From Eledone cirrhosa (lineage: Eukaryota): DNA of 64,000 bases. The translations under genes and the position numbers were made by a program. Of the stretch, positions 25,630-38,689 are shown one piece after another (the first letter of the stretch is position 1; the number at the start of each line of letters is the position of its first letter). The notes below the pieces were generated by a model. It searched no databases. It saw only the letters and a program-made list of their open reading frames with translations, and was not told where the DNA came from. The stretch is taken from contig OZ024741.1 in NCBI GenBank assembly GCA_964016885.1, forward strand, positions 213,280,001-213,344,000, given 5' to 3'.

Positions 25630-25808
25630 TTAGAAGATAGAATAGCTTTCACCGTATTTTTTTACTAAAGAAATTTTAGTTTGATAATGGGGTTTAGAAC
25701 CCTCAGATAAATGGAAAAAGGTGAGTATTGACGTCTTTTTATATTTATCTGAAGGTTCTAAGCCCCATTATAAGACTAAAATTTCTTTAGTAAAAAATAC
25801 GGTGAAAT
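25630..25808. mobile_element. Fold-back copy of a short (TA)n-associated element (same family as 45366-45535)
   Basis: TTTCACCGTATTTTTT...GAACCCTCAGATAAAT is inverted at 25743-25807; the left arm matches 45385-45480. Confidence 0.7.
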
Positions 25809-25829
25809 ATATATATATATTATATATAG

Positions 25830-28800
25830 ACATATTAAAACAATGAAATTAAACACAAAACTGTTAATTCATAGTAAAACACATTATTTTATGATCGTTT
25901 CTGGGGGGCAGTTCCCTGTATGTTCATTCATTATTGATCTGATCTGAGTTCAAATCCCTCTAAGGTTAACTTTGCCTTTCATCCTTACGGGGTCGATAAA
26001 ATAAAGTACCAGTAATTTACTGAGTAATTGCTGGCCTTGTGCCAAAAGTAGAAACAATTATTGATCTATGTAAAACATATTACAAAATATCATAGTAAGA
26101 AAAAGATACATACATCTTCACTACCCGCCGTCTTCAAAAATAATGAGTTTTGTTTATTGAAGAATACAAAAAAACATACATATGAATAAGTAAGGTTTTA
26201 TAACCATGTTGAAATTGACCAATGTTAAGGATGGAAGGGGGCAGTATAAATCCTTAAGGTTGGTGGTAGTAGATGAATAAATAGGCCATCAGTGGATAAG
26301 GTATCAAATGTCTTTTAATAAAATAAATGAAAGTTGTTATTGTAAATGAATTTTGACATATTGTATATAAAAGTGTTGATGGTCAAAGGAAATTATGGTT
26401 GGAGGAAAAGGGGTACTGAGATTAGTATGTTACATCAAGTAGAATGGAATAGAACAATCTTATAAAGTTAGTTATTTCTTTGTTGTGAGGAATAATTTGT
26501 TCTAAAAATATATGATATAAAAAAAATATATATACATGTATAGTCACACATATTTATATATAGGCATACATTTATACATATACATACATATACACACACA
26601 GATATGCATATTCACACACGCACCTATACTCACACATTTATTCACCTGTATCTTTTTCTATATTTGTTTAGTTGTATTTATAATATTTGAATGTCCTTCT
26701 AATTTTATGGTTACATACTAAAATTAATTCTTGTCTTTTATTTAATAGAGTGTCCTTCGATTTAGTAATTTCAAAAATTTCTTGGGAACATAGCCCGCAC
26801 TCCCTTCTATTGCCCTGATAAGAAATAATTCTCTTAAGAATCTTCCAAGTTAGGTTATATTAAATATTCTTCTTTTTACAATTATTAACTGCTTCTGCTA
26901 AAGAAGTGGTATTTGCTAATTTTGTGTTTCGGAAACTGTGGGTGTGTGCATAAAATCTCGATTTAAATGGATTAGAAGTGGATCCTATATAGGATTGATT
27001 AGAGTCTTTCGTGGTGATTACACATTTTTATACTATATTATTAATTAAGCAATTTCCATTTAAGTAGCAATTATCTTTTATTCTACAATTACAACCGTTT
27101 GCATATTGGGTTTCAGATGTGCTATCCATATTCTCAATAATAGTGCTAGTATTTGTGTTTACCTTTTTATTTGGGAGAGAAGGGTTTACGGTATGGTGGT
27201 TGTAATCCGAATTGTTGCTAGTAGGTGAAATTATACTTGATATAGCGTTATGGAGTCATAATTGTTTTGGACGCTATTAGTTAGATTGGGTATGTAAATC
27301 TTAGTCCCTATTAAGGATGAAGAAGATGGTAGTTGGTTGTAGTCTGCTATATTGTGCTGGTGAGGTGAGTGAGCGGATCTATCAGGTGGGTATGCAGTAA
27401 TATTCTGGTTATGCGTTGTAGTATTACCATAGTTATCTTGTGTGTGTGTTGTGCTCTTGTGTGTGGTATAGGTGGAGCTTTTTTACATTTATAGATGTTA
27501 TATGCACTTATTTTTTTGTTGTATATTGCTCGATGTGGAGTAAGAAAATTTTACTGTATTTCTGTGTAAGATTTGATGGTATTTGTGGTTAGGTGGGAAA
27601 TGCTTATCGAGAATTGTAAAAAATATTTTAGGGATTTGGCACATAGTTTGCAAGTTGAATGGAGCGTTATACCATGTTACATTTCTTTTATGGTTTCTAA
27701 AAGGTTTTCTCTTGTTATATTGGGTATGTATAGAAGTTTGAGGGTAGATATTGTTATCAGATGAAATTATAACATTGCGATTGTTATTAAGGGGGTGAAC
27801 TAATTGTTTAGTAGATTTTTTAATTTTATTAGTTTTTGATTTATTGCTTTTTGTTTGATTTGTAGAGGATATTGTGAGTTTTATTAATGGAGCATTATTG
27901 ATAGGACTTGGAATTTCGGTATCATTCTTGTTATATACGGTAGTTCGGATACGTTTCTCTAGTTTTTTGGTTGCAAGGGTGTAGTTTGGTTATGTTGAAG
28001 GTTCGATGAGATAGGTGATATATCATTAGATTTATTGTGAGAATTAAGATATAAGGTGTTATTATTAACTGCTTTTTTAAGCGTAGTGGAGTTAGGTGTT
28101 TTCGCACGGTTTGTAGTAATAATATTAGGTAAGTTATAGAAATATTTGGAATCGTTAGGATTAATGATTTTTAGAGAATTTGTGTCATTCGTGTTAATGT
28201 GGATATTGGGAGTAATGGTAGGATCTAGGTTTTTCGGTGTTTCATTGCTGGCACTAACTTTTTGGTGTTTTCTACGGTGTTTGTTGCTTATTGTTGGCTG
28301 TATGCTAGGGGTATTCGTGGTGGTATGTATGTAAAATATTTTATCTTTATAGCCACTTCTAATTAAAGCCTCATTATAATAAGGTGCATTTTTATAGAAT
28401 ATTTCTTCACTAGATGATAATTTAGATAGTCTGAGTGAGATATTGTAGACTAGATTTTTTAGTATGGAACTAGGGTGGTTAGATAGTGAATGTATATAAT
28501 GGAAGTTTTAGTTTGGTTTGTGGTAGGGTTGGTAAGTGCCTGTTGATAGGTCTAAATAGATGTCGAGGAAATTGACCAATTTAGTGCTATTTTCAAAAGT
28601 AACCGTAAGATTATAGTAATTTTTGAGGAATTTCCTAATATGCTTTTTATTTCTCTCAATTGCTGAGAGACTAAGATTATTAGTTAGAAGAAGACAGTCA
28701 TCGAGGTGGGGAAAAAAGGAATTCAAATTATGTAAGAGGAAGAGGCCCACAAGGTTCGTAACCTGGGCGGAATCGATTGAGCCCATAATAATATCATATA

Positions 28801-28846
28801 AATCACTATAAGTATTTCTAGTCCAATACTCGTCCTGGAAGTCCAA
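25830..28846 (-). mobile_element. Degraded Naiad-type Penelope-like element (partial RT, thumb, GIY-YIG, 3' pLTR)
   Basis: RT: MGSIDSAQVTNLVGLFLL..DDCL..VNFLDIYLDL..GTYQPYHKPN, then YIHSLSNHP. Endonuclease (about 27100-26668): CNCRIKDNCYLNGNCLINNIV*KC...YIGSTSNPFKSRFYAH...WKIL...CGLCSQE...LLNKRQE...CNH. Internal stops present. Confidence 0.9.
25882..26145 (-). ncRNA. Decayed hammerhead of the minus-strand PLE, split by a SINE insertion
   Basis: CATTATTT-TTGAAGA-CGGCGGGTAGT...ACTGCCCCCCA-GAAA-CGATCA-TA-AAATAATG. SINE at 25941-26056 with TSD ATTATTGATCT lies inside loop II. Confidence 0.6.
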
Positions 28847-29075
28847 TAGAGTTTGTCTGGCACCCTACTGTCAATTCCACCCCATCTATGGCCCCACTAA
28901 CCACTCGACTCCCGGAAATGAATATGACCACAGCTAGTAAACAAGGACCCACACCCCACCCTCCCGCACCTAAATTAGACTTATTGTCCCCTGCTTTTGC
29001 TCTTTACTCTCTTTACTCTTTGTTCTTGAATGTTTGGTTGGTAGAGTCCATAACACCAATCAAACCCCTTTTATA

Positions 29076-29120
29076 GCTCTGAAGAATCCTACGGTTACGT
29101 AAGGAAGAAACATTGTAAGC
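29076..29120 (+). ncRNA. Type-I hammerhead ribozyme in a + strand pLTR (about 28850-29260)
   Basis: GCT-CTGAAGA-ATCCTACG-GTTA-CGTAAGGAA-GAAA-CATTG-TA-AGC followed by AATAAA (29122-27). Confidence 0.75.
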
Positions 29121-29256
29121 CAATAAAAAATGTTGTAGACGCTCTTGTGTTCTTTATCATATATACGGCTCTGCTCCAAAGCATTGAGCTAATTATTATA
29201 CTGCCAATACTGTAATGGTACATGGGTATACAATACCTAACACCTATTAACCTAAG

Positions 29257-29316
<60 letters not shown>

Positions 29317-29344
29317 TATATATATATACCTATCTATCTATCTA

Positions 29345-29441
<97 letters not shown>

Positions 29442-29475
29442 ATCTATCTATCTACCCATCTATCTTTCTATCTAA

Positions 29476-29508
<33 letters not shown>

Positions 29509-29805
29509 CGTATCTTTCCTTCTATCTACCTTCCCATCTACTTACCTATCTACCTATCTACCAATCTATCTATCTATCTATATATCCATCTTTCTATCTA
29601 TCTTGATAGAGTAAGACACGCTTCACATCGGCTCCGCTGTTCTATCGGGATTTACCCTTACTATTGTAAGTACCGGATAAATTTTTCAGTGCAACACATT
29701 TGGAACACTAACCCCTGTTATTTAGGGAAACATTTTTGCATTTACCCCCTTTTTAGGGGGTAAAATAAATATCTAATTTTGCCGAAAAATGTCGTTCTTG
29801 GCAGC

Positions 29806-31613
29806 ATGGCGGAAAAGATGGCAGACATGTCTGCCATTAGCTATGCCACGCCCCCCAAGTCTGAAGAACAAAAAATAATTACAACAAAATTAGACAAAGA
29901 AACAAACAAAGAAAATGAAAAAACAAATGTTAAGGAAAATGAGCAAACGGAAAACAAACAAACAGAAAATAATACAAATAACAACAGGGCAACTTTCGCC
30001 CAGAAAACAAAACAATCCATTACATACACACCAATTGACCTAACGGCCGCCAGAGAAAAACTGGCCGAAGCAAAGAAACACATTGTTTTGGGGGAAAATG
30101 GAATGTTTTCCATTAACTCCCCCCCAGAATTCAAGAAAGCGAGAACAGAGAACACAGTTCTCTTCAGAACAATCCTAAACGAAACAAGAAAGCCAGCACA
30201 GCCCAGCCAAATGGAGATAGAGTTGGTCCTAAAAGACTATATGAAGAATATTCTCTTCATACGAAAGGACCGACTCTATGGCAGCATTTCGGTCTTAACA
30301 AAAGACAAGGAAACGGCGGAGAAGCTTTCCATAAGCCCACTCTCATCGACAACATACAGCTTCTATCCCTCCTACATGGGTAGAAGAACACAGAGAGTAA
30401 AAATACAAACAATGCTGCCCACAATGGACTTCAGGTGGGCTATTGCTGGCTTCATAGACATGGGCGAGGACACAGTGCTGTCAATGGGGAAGGCATCCGG
30501 AGATGCGTTTCTGGGAATGGGCCTCGACCTACTAGTCCAAATGAGGCCCGAAAGAATAGCACAAATCCCGGATCGCATCTGGCTGGATGAGCTCACCCCA
30601 ATAGATATAATTGTAGAGGGGAGAAGACCAGCATGCTATTTATGCATGGAAAGGGGACACATTAAGGCTAACTGCCCGAAACGTGTCCCCCAAAAAGGAC
30701 TATTGCCCACACCCACCACAAACAGTACACCAACACCACCCACCTCCAAAAATACACTAATACCACACACAGCAAACAAAATACAAACACCACCAAGCAC
30801 ATCACCACCACCAGCAGCAAACACAAGCTCGACACAAAAATCACCACCACCATCACCAACACAAACACCATCACCACCAACCACAAGCACGACACAAACA
30901 GCACCACCACCACCACAAAACGCATTCCAAACAAATAATAAAAAAAACAGCAACAAATCTACCCCTCCCGCAAAAAAAAACCAGACACGACGTCCCTCCC
31001 ACCTAGCGCTGAAGAGTTTCCCCCAACTTCTGAAGAAGAAGGAGGAGAAGCCTTCAGACAAGTTAAAAGAAAAAAAAGAAAGCACACACCCAGCACACCA
31101 CAAATAACCCACACACAAACACCAACTCCAATAAAAAACACCCCACCCTCAACAAACAAAAATAAATCTGCGCCTCCCCTCTCCGAAACATTGACAGCAT
31201 CACAAAAAAAGACATTGCAATACACATATATAAATAAAGAAAACAAAAAACTGTTTAAATTAATAAACAATAGCCCTTTGGTGCAGACCGAAGGGCCAAA
31301 CTTTATCTCAACAGAGAACTTCACCCATTTAAAAATGATAAAGGTCCTTCTGGACCTTTATCGTTCCTTAAAAGAACAATTTAGACAGGACGTGAGCCCC
31401 CCCTGTTTAAAACCGTTAAATCGCGTCCTCCTGAAAGATTTCCCCATAACCTCCCCTCTCCCTGACACAACTCCAAACACCCCAACCCAACCACACTCGG
31501 GCACCTCCACACCACCACAAAACATCCCTCCACCCAACACACCTGACGCCATGGAAATTACACAACCCGGAGAGGTAAGTGCTTTTCTTTCTTCACTTTC
31601 AACACCAAAATAG
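29806..31613 (+). CDS. Tx1-type ORF1 (gag-like, CCHC knuckle, Pro/Thr-rich tail), one frameshift in an A-run near 30940-30980
   Basis: ATG at 29806; zinc knuckle CYLCMERGHIKANC. A second frame from about 30981 (..SEEEGGEAFRQVKRKKRK..) runs open into ORF 31191-31613. Confidence 0.85.
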
Positions 31614-34600
31614 ATCAATTGAGAGTTGGCTGTTTGAACGCGCGTGGCCTGGGCTCAGCTTGGAAGCAAGCAAAGCTACTAAGTGACCTCAGGTCACGAA
31701 GTATAGATGTGATGGCTGTTTGCGAGAGTCGGATCAGCAGCGTACGACAGCTGGCTCCCGCCTTCGATGACTTTGAGATGCACGCATCTCTCTGTCAACC
31801 CGGGGGCGGGGGGGGGGGGAGTTGCCGTACTGCTGGATAAACGTCTGGCTCTCGACGTACAGATTGTTCACTCGGACCCGGGGGGTCGAATACTGGTGCT
31901 GGACGTCGGAGGCGGTGAAGGCGGGGCTTTCAGACTGGTCGGTCTTTATGCCCCCTTCGGGGCTGAAAGAGCCGACTTCTTCCAGCGTCTGGAGACTTTT
32001 CTAGGAACGTCGCGTTCCCTGCTTTTAGTGGGGGACTGGAATGGAATCCTAGATGCGCGTTGGGACTATGCAGGGGCATGTCCCGATAGAGGGGGGTGTA
32101 GCAGCCTCAAGGGGTTACTCGATCGATTCGACCTGGTCGATAGATTTCGACTAGATTGTCCAACTGCGCCAACCTGGACCTGGGCAAACCGCAGTGGACA
32201 ATCTAGATCGTACCTAGATAGGTTTTTGGTTAGGAGTAAGGATAGGGACGTATTTAGTTGTCCAGAATTGATCATGGTTGGCTATTCAGATCACAAATTA
32301 GTGACCTGCGTGGTCAACCTTGATAGAACGCATAGACAGGGTCCCGGTTACTGGAAGATGAACTTGTCCTTGCCGGCAAAGAAAGATTACAGGAACCGGA
32401 TTAGTAGCTTAGTAAAAATGCGGTTGACGGGAGCGATTGTCAACAGTAGGTGGTGGGTATCTCTAAAGAGAGAGATTAGAGTAAGTTCGATAGGTTACAG
32501 TAAGGAACTAGCGGCGAATAGAAATAGGAAGGAAAGGGAGTTAACAGATAAACTAGAAGAGGCGATTAGGAGCGGAGACGTAGCCAGAGTGTTAGCGGCG
32601 AGAACGGCGTTGAGCCAGTTCTTTGACGCGAAGCACGAAGGCTGCGTTGTCCGAAGTAAAATACGTGCTTTAGGAAACGAGGGGACCAAAGCTGTTAGCT
32701 GGGCCCGCGTGACAGAAGCCAAGAGTGGGATTAAATCCACCATTCGGTCTTTGCGAGACCAGGATGGACGGGTGATCCTTGAACCTGAGCGGATGTGCGA
32801 GGCCTTTCAAAGGCACTTTGCTCGACTGTTCGGAGGGGGCGGGGGGCCGGACGGGGATGTGGACTTCGGTCCATACCTCGACGGTCTACCGCGTCTTTCG
32901 AGCGGCGAAGCGGAGTGCTGCGAAAGGCCAATCACAGCCACTGAAATCGGGGAAGCGCTCAGCCAGTGCAGCAGACGCAAATCTCCGGGTCTCGATGGTC
33001 TACCATACGAACTTTATTTAGCTATGCCGGTCTTGTGCTCCGAACTCCTCGAGGCTGTCTATTGCAACTGGCAACAGAACGGGAGAATTCCCTGTTCTGT
33101 GACCAAGGGCGTGGTCACGCTAGTGAGGAAGGACGAGAGCAAGGGGGACGACTTAAGTAACTTTAGGCCCATAACTCTGCTGAATGCAGAGTTACAGATT
33201 TTGGCCAAGGTGTTGGCGAAGAGGTTGGCGCTTGTGGTGGGTGGTTTGGTGGGAGACGCGCAGACATGCGCTATCCCGTCCAGGTCCATTCACGACAACC
33301 TCCACCTCATGCGATACATCATAGAGACGGTTGGCAACGAACCCGGCTTTGGTGGGGCACTGATCAACTTGGATCAATCTAAGGCGTTCGATAGGGTCGA
33401 CCATGGTTACCTGGAAGCGGTGCTAGCGGCGGCGGGCTTCGGACCCGTTTTCAGGGGCTGGATTTCTGCCATGCACAGTGGCAACATCTACTCTAGGATT
33501 AAAGTAAACGGCTACCTCTCGGAGCCGTTTCAAATCACCCGGTCCATCAGACAGGGGTGCCCCCTCTCCTCCCTTCTGTACGTATTGACTCTCGAGCCAC
33601 TGCTGCGGAAGTTAGAGTTGCTGCGGGGCATACCCCTGGAACCGGGATTGCACAAAGCGGTCTCGGCCTATGCCGATGACGTAACAGTAATGGTGGCGGA
33701 CGCCTCGGAAATCGGGGCGATCGCCACCCTACTGGAGGAATACGAAAGGCTGACGGGGGCTAGGCTGAACCGGGACAAGTCAGTCGGTTTGCAACTCGGA
33801 ACGTGGAGGGGCAAACCGATACCGTTAGACGGTGTTGTCGGGCGGTGGACGGAGGGCCCGGTGAAGCTGCTCGGGGTCTGGTTCGAACCGGACCTCCATG
33901 TGGAGAAGAATTGGGGCGAGGTGACGAGCAGGGTGTTTGCGCTGACCCAGAAGTGGGCCAAGTGCAAACTATCACTGAAAGGTCGGGCGGAGGTGACGAA
34001 CGCTTACATAGCGTCCGTCATCTGCTACCGCCTGACCGTCGTGCCTTGCCCCAAGGAAAAGATCACCATCATGGAACGCATGCTCTTCCAGTTCCTCTGG
34101 AAGAAGCGGCCTCCCATGGTGAGGAGATCGATCTGCTGCCAGCACCCTTTGAAAGGAGGGCTGGGTATGCCGTGGCTGTTGATGCGTAGGCACGCATTGA
34201 GGCTACGGCATCTACAGGTATTCCTCACCGGTCAGCCGGTGTGGGCCCCGTTTGTGAGGCGAGCCTTCCCACAGCTCGTCTCGCTCACCGAGCTGCAATC
34301 CTGGGTGAAGCAAAGACCGAGAAAACTGGGCAACTGGCACACCGAGTGTGCCCAGGCGCTCACGGCTATCTGGCAAGCGGACCCGACTGTCAGTGGAGAA
34401 TCCACCTCGACATTCTATAGAGGGCTGGTGGCTAGCAGGGGCGACGACACCCTTGGAGAGTCGCTAGGCATGGAGGAGGACGAACTGGCCAGCCTGTTCG
34501 GTAGAACTTTCGGCCCGGGACCCATGGACAACTTCCAGAGGTCCCTAGCCTGGCAGTGTTACCGGGGGGCTCTGCCCGTTCGAGAAAAGCTCTACAGACA

Positions 34601-35042
34601 CGGGCGCCCGGGCAGGGATCCAGCGAAAAATATCTGTTCCAGATGCGTGCGCGACGAGGAAACCGTTGCGCATGCACTGGTACACTGCCCGGGCGTTGCC
34701 GATCTGTGGGGCTACGTCGAACGACTGCTGTCGCGTGTGGCGCCGATTCGATTAACCGCCGAGTCTGTGGTGAACATCAAGCCGCCTCCTCCCGAAGCAG
34801 AAGCGGTCTTTCTGTGCGTAATAGCCATGATGAAAGAGGTTGTGTGGTGGACGCGCCTGAAAGGTCTGAGGTCGGGTGACTTTCTCTCCGGCCATCACCT
34901 GGTTTACTTCTTCCGATACCACTTCGGAAGAAGGATCAGGATGGAGAGAGAAGTGCTTGGCCCCAGACAGTTTTATGAAAGGTGGGTGAAAGAAGCGAGA
35001 ATGGCTCGTGTAAATGGGCCTTCTCTCGACATTGTTCTGTAG
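31610..35042 (+). CDS. Tx1-type ORF2: apurinic endonuclease + reverse transcriptase + Cys-rich domain, one frameshift in the G-run 31802-31819
   Basis: APE motifs GCLNARGL, VCESR, GVAVLL, LYAP, GDWN, YLDRF, SDH. RT motifs PGLDG, FRPITLLN, LDQSKAFDRVDH, IRQGCPLS, YADD. C-terminal CSRC-x8-HALVHC. Confidence 0.95.
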
Positions 35043-35460
35043 GTGAAGAAGTGAAGAGGAAAGGGGGAGCGCCTCCTCTCTGGGCTTCCCCTGCGAAAAG
35101 GGTTGCACACTTTTCGGGGGTATGTGCAATCCCGAACACGCCCCCTCCCTTTTGAGGACTTTTTATTATTATATTATTATTGTTATTCCTTTTTCTTTAC
35201 TCGATTTATGTAAACTCCCCCACTGTGTATTTGTCCCCTTCTTTTGTGCCCTCGTGGCAAATAAATAGAAATTTATCTATCTATCTATCTATCTATCTAC
35301 CTTTGTCTTGTCCTAAGTGATCCGCACTTATTCCTCCAGGGCAACAGTAAACAGTAAACAGCGACGCAGAATATATTTCATCGTGTCACGAAGGGCTTTA
35401 ACGTTATACAGATTAGTATTGTATAGTGGTGATAAACTATTGGATAATAATGTCCACATA

Positions 35461-36709
35461 GTAGTGGTGGTGGTGGTGGTAGTAGTGTGACCAGTAGTGG
35501 TAGTGGTAGTAGTGGTGATGGTGGTGATGGTGGTGGTGGTAGTGGTGTGACCAGTAGTGGTAGTGGTAGTAGTGGTGATGGTGGTGGTGGTAGTGGTGTG
35601 ACCAGTAGTGGTAGTGGTAGTAGTGGTGATGGTGGTGGTGGTGGTGTGACCAGTAGTGGTAGTGGTAGTAGTGGTGATGGTGGTGGTGGTGGTGTGACCA
35701 GTAGTGGTAGTAGTAGTGGTGGTGGTGGTGGTGGTGTGATCAGTAGTGGTAGTAGTAGTAGTGGTGGTGGGGGTGGTGGTGGTGGTGGTAGTGGTGTGAC
35801 CAGTAGTGGTAGTGGTAGTAGTGGTGATGGTGGTGGTGGTGGTGTGACCAGTAGTGGTAGTAGTAGTGGTGGTGGTGGTGGTGGTGTGATCAGTAGTGGT
35901 AGTAGTAGTAGTGGTGGTGGGGGTGGTGGTGGTGGTGGTAGTGGTGTGACCAGTAGTGGTAGTGGTAGTAGTGGTGATGGTGGTGGTGGTAGTGGTGTGA
36001 CCAGTAGTGGTAGTGGTAGTAGTGGTGATGGTGGTGGTGGTGGTGTGACCAGTAGTGGTAGTAGTAGTGGTGGTGGTGGTGGTGGTGTGACCAGTAGTGG
36101 TAGTAGTAGTAGTGGTGGTGGGGGTGGGGGTGGTAGTGGTGTGACCAGTAGTGGTAGTAGTAGTAGTGGTGGTGATGGCGGTGGCGGCGCTGGTGTGACC
36201 AGCAGTCGTAATAGTAGTAGTGGTGGTGGTGGCAGTGGTGTGACCTGTAGTGGTAGTAGTAGTAGTAGTAGTAGAGGTGGTGGTGGTGATGTGACCAGTA
36301 GTGGTAGTAGTAGTGGTGGTGGTAGTGGTGGTGTGACCAGTAGTGTTTGTAGTAGTGGCGGTTGTGGTGGTGGTAGTGGTGGTGTGACCAGTAGTGGTAG
36401 TAGTAGTAGTGGTGGGGAGGGGGGGTTACCAGTAGTGGTAGTAGTAGTAGTGGTGGTGGTGGTGGTGGTGTGACCAGTAGTGGTTGTGGTAGTAGTAGTA
36501 GGGGTGGTGGTGGTGGTGGTGGTAGTTGTCCCGTGGTGTGACCAGTAGTGGTAGTAGTAGTAGTGGTGGGGGGGACCAGTATTTGTAGAAGTAGCAGTGG
36601 TGGTGGTGGTGATGGTGGTGGTGGTGGTGGTGGTGGTGGTGTGACCAGTATTATTTGTAGTAGTGATAGTGTTGGGGCGGTAGTATTAGTAGTGGTGGTA
36701 GTAGTGATG

Positions 36710-36743
<34 letters not shown>

Positions 36744-36765
36744 TAGTAGTAGTAGTAGTAGTAGT
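35461..36765. repeat. (GGT/AGT)n compound minisatellite punctuated by GTGACCA
   Basis: Direct inspection; explains the Gly/Ser-rich ORF. Confidence 0.9.
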
Positions 36766-37114
36766 CAACGTGTCCCAGAAAACACCATCCTCCTCATCCC
36801 TCCCCCTACCTCCTCCCCCCATTACTCCATGTTGGACTTAAGGCATCGTTGGCTGAATTCATTAATCACAAATCAACACAATGCATTTCTTCCTTGGGAA
36901 ATATTTTCGCAAACATTAGAAGAATGTTAGTTTGGCGACAATCCAATGTCATATGCCTGGGGGTCATGAAGGAACCCGGCCGAGTGGTTAGGATGTTGGA
37001 TTAAAGATTGTAAGGTCGTGGATTCAATTTAATAGATTGGGTGGTGAGTTTTGTTCTTGAGCAAGATATTTCAATTCATGTTGCCAGCTGAGATGTTCAA
37101 CCTTTTACACTATA

Positions 37115-37870
37115 ACGGCTTCTGATTCAGACACAAGGCCAACAACTTTGGAGGAGGGAATATCGATTATATCGACCCCAGTGCGGTAGTGGTACTTTCT
37201 TATCGACCCCGTAAGGATGTAAGGCAAAGCTAACCTTGGAAAGTTGATTAAATCCACTACAGTGTGTTACTAGTACTACATTTTAGCGACCCCGTAAGGT
37301 TGAAAGGCAAAGCTAACCTTGGAAAGTTGATTAAATCCACTACAGTGTGTTACTAGTACTACATTTTAGCGACCCCGTAAGGTTGAAAGACAAAGCTAAT
37401 ATCGGCGTGATTTGAACTCAGAAAGTAAAGTATTTTGTTCGACGCTCTACTGATACTGCCAAACCTTCGCCCTAAAAATAATGGTTTCTGATTCAGGCAC
37501 ACGGGCAAGGATTTGGGGAGGCGAAAGTCGAATAAATCGACTTCGGTGGCTTGCTGCTACTTTATTTCATCGACTCTGTAAGGATGAATGGTGAAGCTAA
37601 ACCTCGGCGTGATTTGAACTAAGAACGTAAAATGACATAGCTCTATGCCGCATGTTGTTCGACGCTCTATTGGTTTCTCATTTAGGTACATGGGTATTTA
37701 GGTCAACCATTAGGAATGTGGGAGGAAGACGATTACATTGAACCCAGTGCCTTACTGGTATATATCTTATCGACCCCGTAAAGTTGAAAATCAAAGTTAA
37801 CCTCGATGGGATTGGAGCTCCGAACTTAAAGTGACGTTGGCGCTCCACCGTTACTGCCAATCCACGACCC
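37115..37870 (-). mobile_element. Older SINE cluster with an internal ~80-bp tandem duplication
   Basis: Diverged consensus copies; GACCCCGTAAGG...CTACATTTTAGC duplicated at about 37205-37370. Confidence 0.75.
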
Positions 37871-38689
37871 TATGCATTATTTACACTATAGTAAAGATAG
37901 ATTTTTGCCTGTCATCCAAAGTTCCAGGCCTGTCACACACTATCATACTTATACAACATTGGAATTAGCTTAAGTGCCCATGACTTTTGTGGAAAACTCA
38001 ACCACTTAACGTATTAACTCACGAATTGAACGTTCAATTGATCAAAAAATTAAATGTTCATCTTTTATCGTCAAAATCGACGGAGATCCATTCCGTCATC
38101 AATTGATTAATAAAAACTTTCTCACTTGGCCAAGATTATTAAGAGTCAATAAGGTATCAATATCAGTTATCGAAAATGAATTATCGAAATACTGAACCAA
38201 TACAATATTTAATACTTTTTGAACAGTAATGTATTTAAACCAATTAATTCTCATTCAAAGTAACAATTTTCTATTTTCTTGTTACTTTATGTTTCGTTTG
38301 TTGCTTTGTTTTTCTATATTTGTTGCGAAAGGAAGGTGTAGACAATCGATAAATATATTCTGTATGTGTGATACAAAATAATCACGACTATTTACATGAA
38401 ATATCGATATCCTAATAATGTCGTATTAATAACATTAATTACGGAGAGCAGAGGAGTTCGCCGAGTCATCAGTTCTACCAATTAAACCCGTTACAATATT
38501 CGATCTTATATCTAGAGGTTGTCAGTTCAAATCTGCTCCAAGTATAGATATTCTTTGATCAAACATCGATAAGATATAAACCAGGAATATATTGAAAAAT
38601 AGTCCCTTATTCCACAAAGTTATCTCTCCAAACCTCCTTAGACCTAGGACCAACTCCCTACTCCCCACCATAGGCACAGAGTTGGCTAC

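Larger units (their letters stand above)
29604..35272 (+). mobile_element. Near full-length L1/Tx1-clade non-LTR retrotransposon inserted in (TATC)n
   Basis: 5' UTR, ORF1, ORF2 and a 230-nt 3' UTR with AATAAA. Degenerate TATC repeats upstream (29326-29603) and (TATC)6 downstream (35274-35299); no poly(A) tail. Confidence 0.95.
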
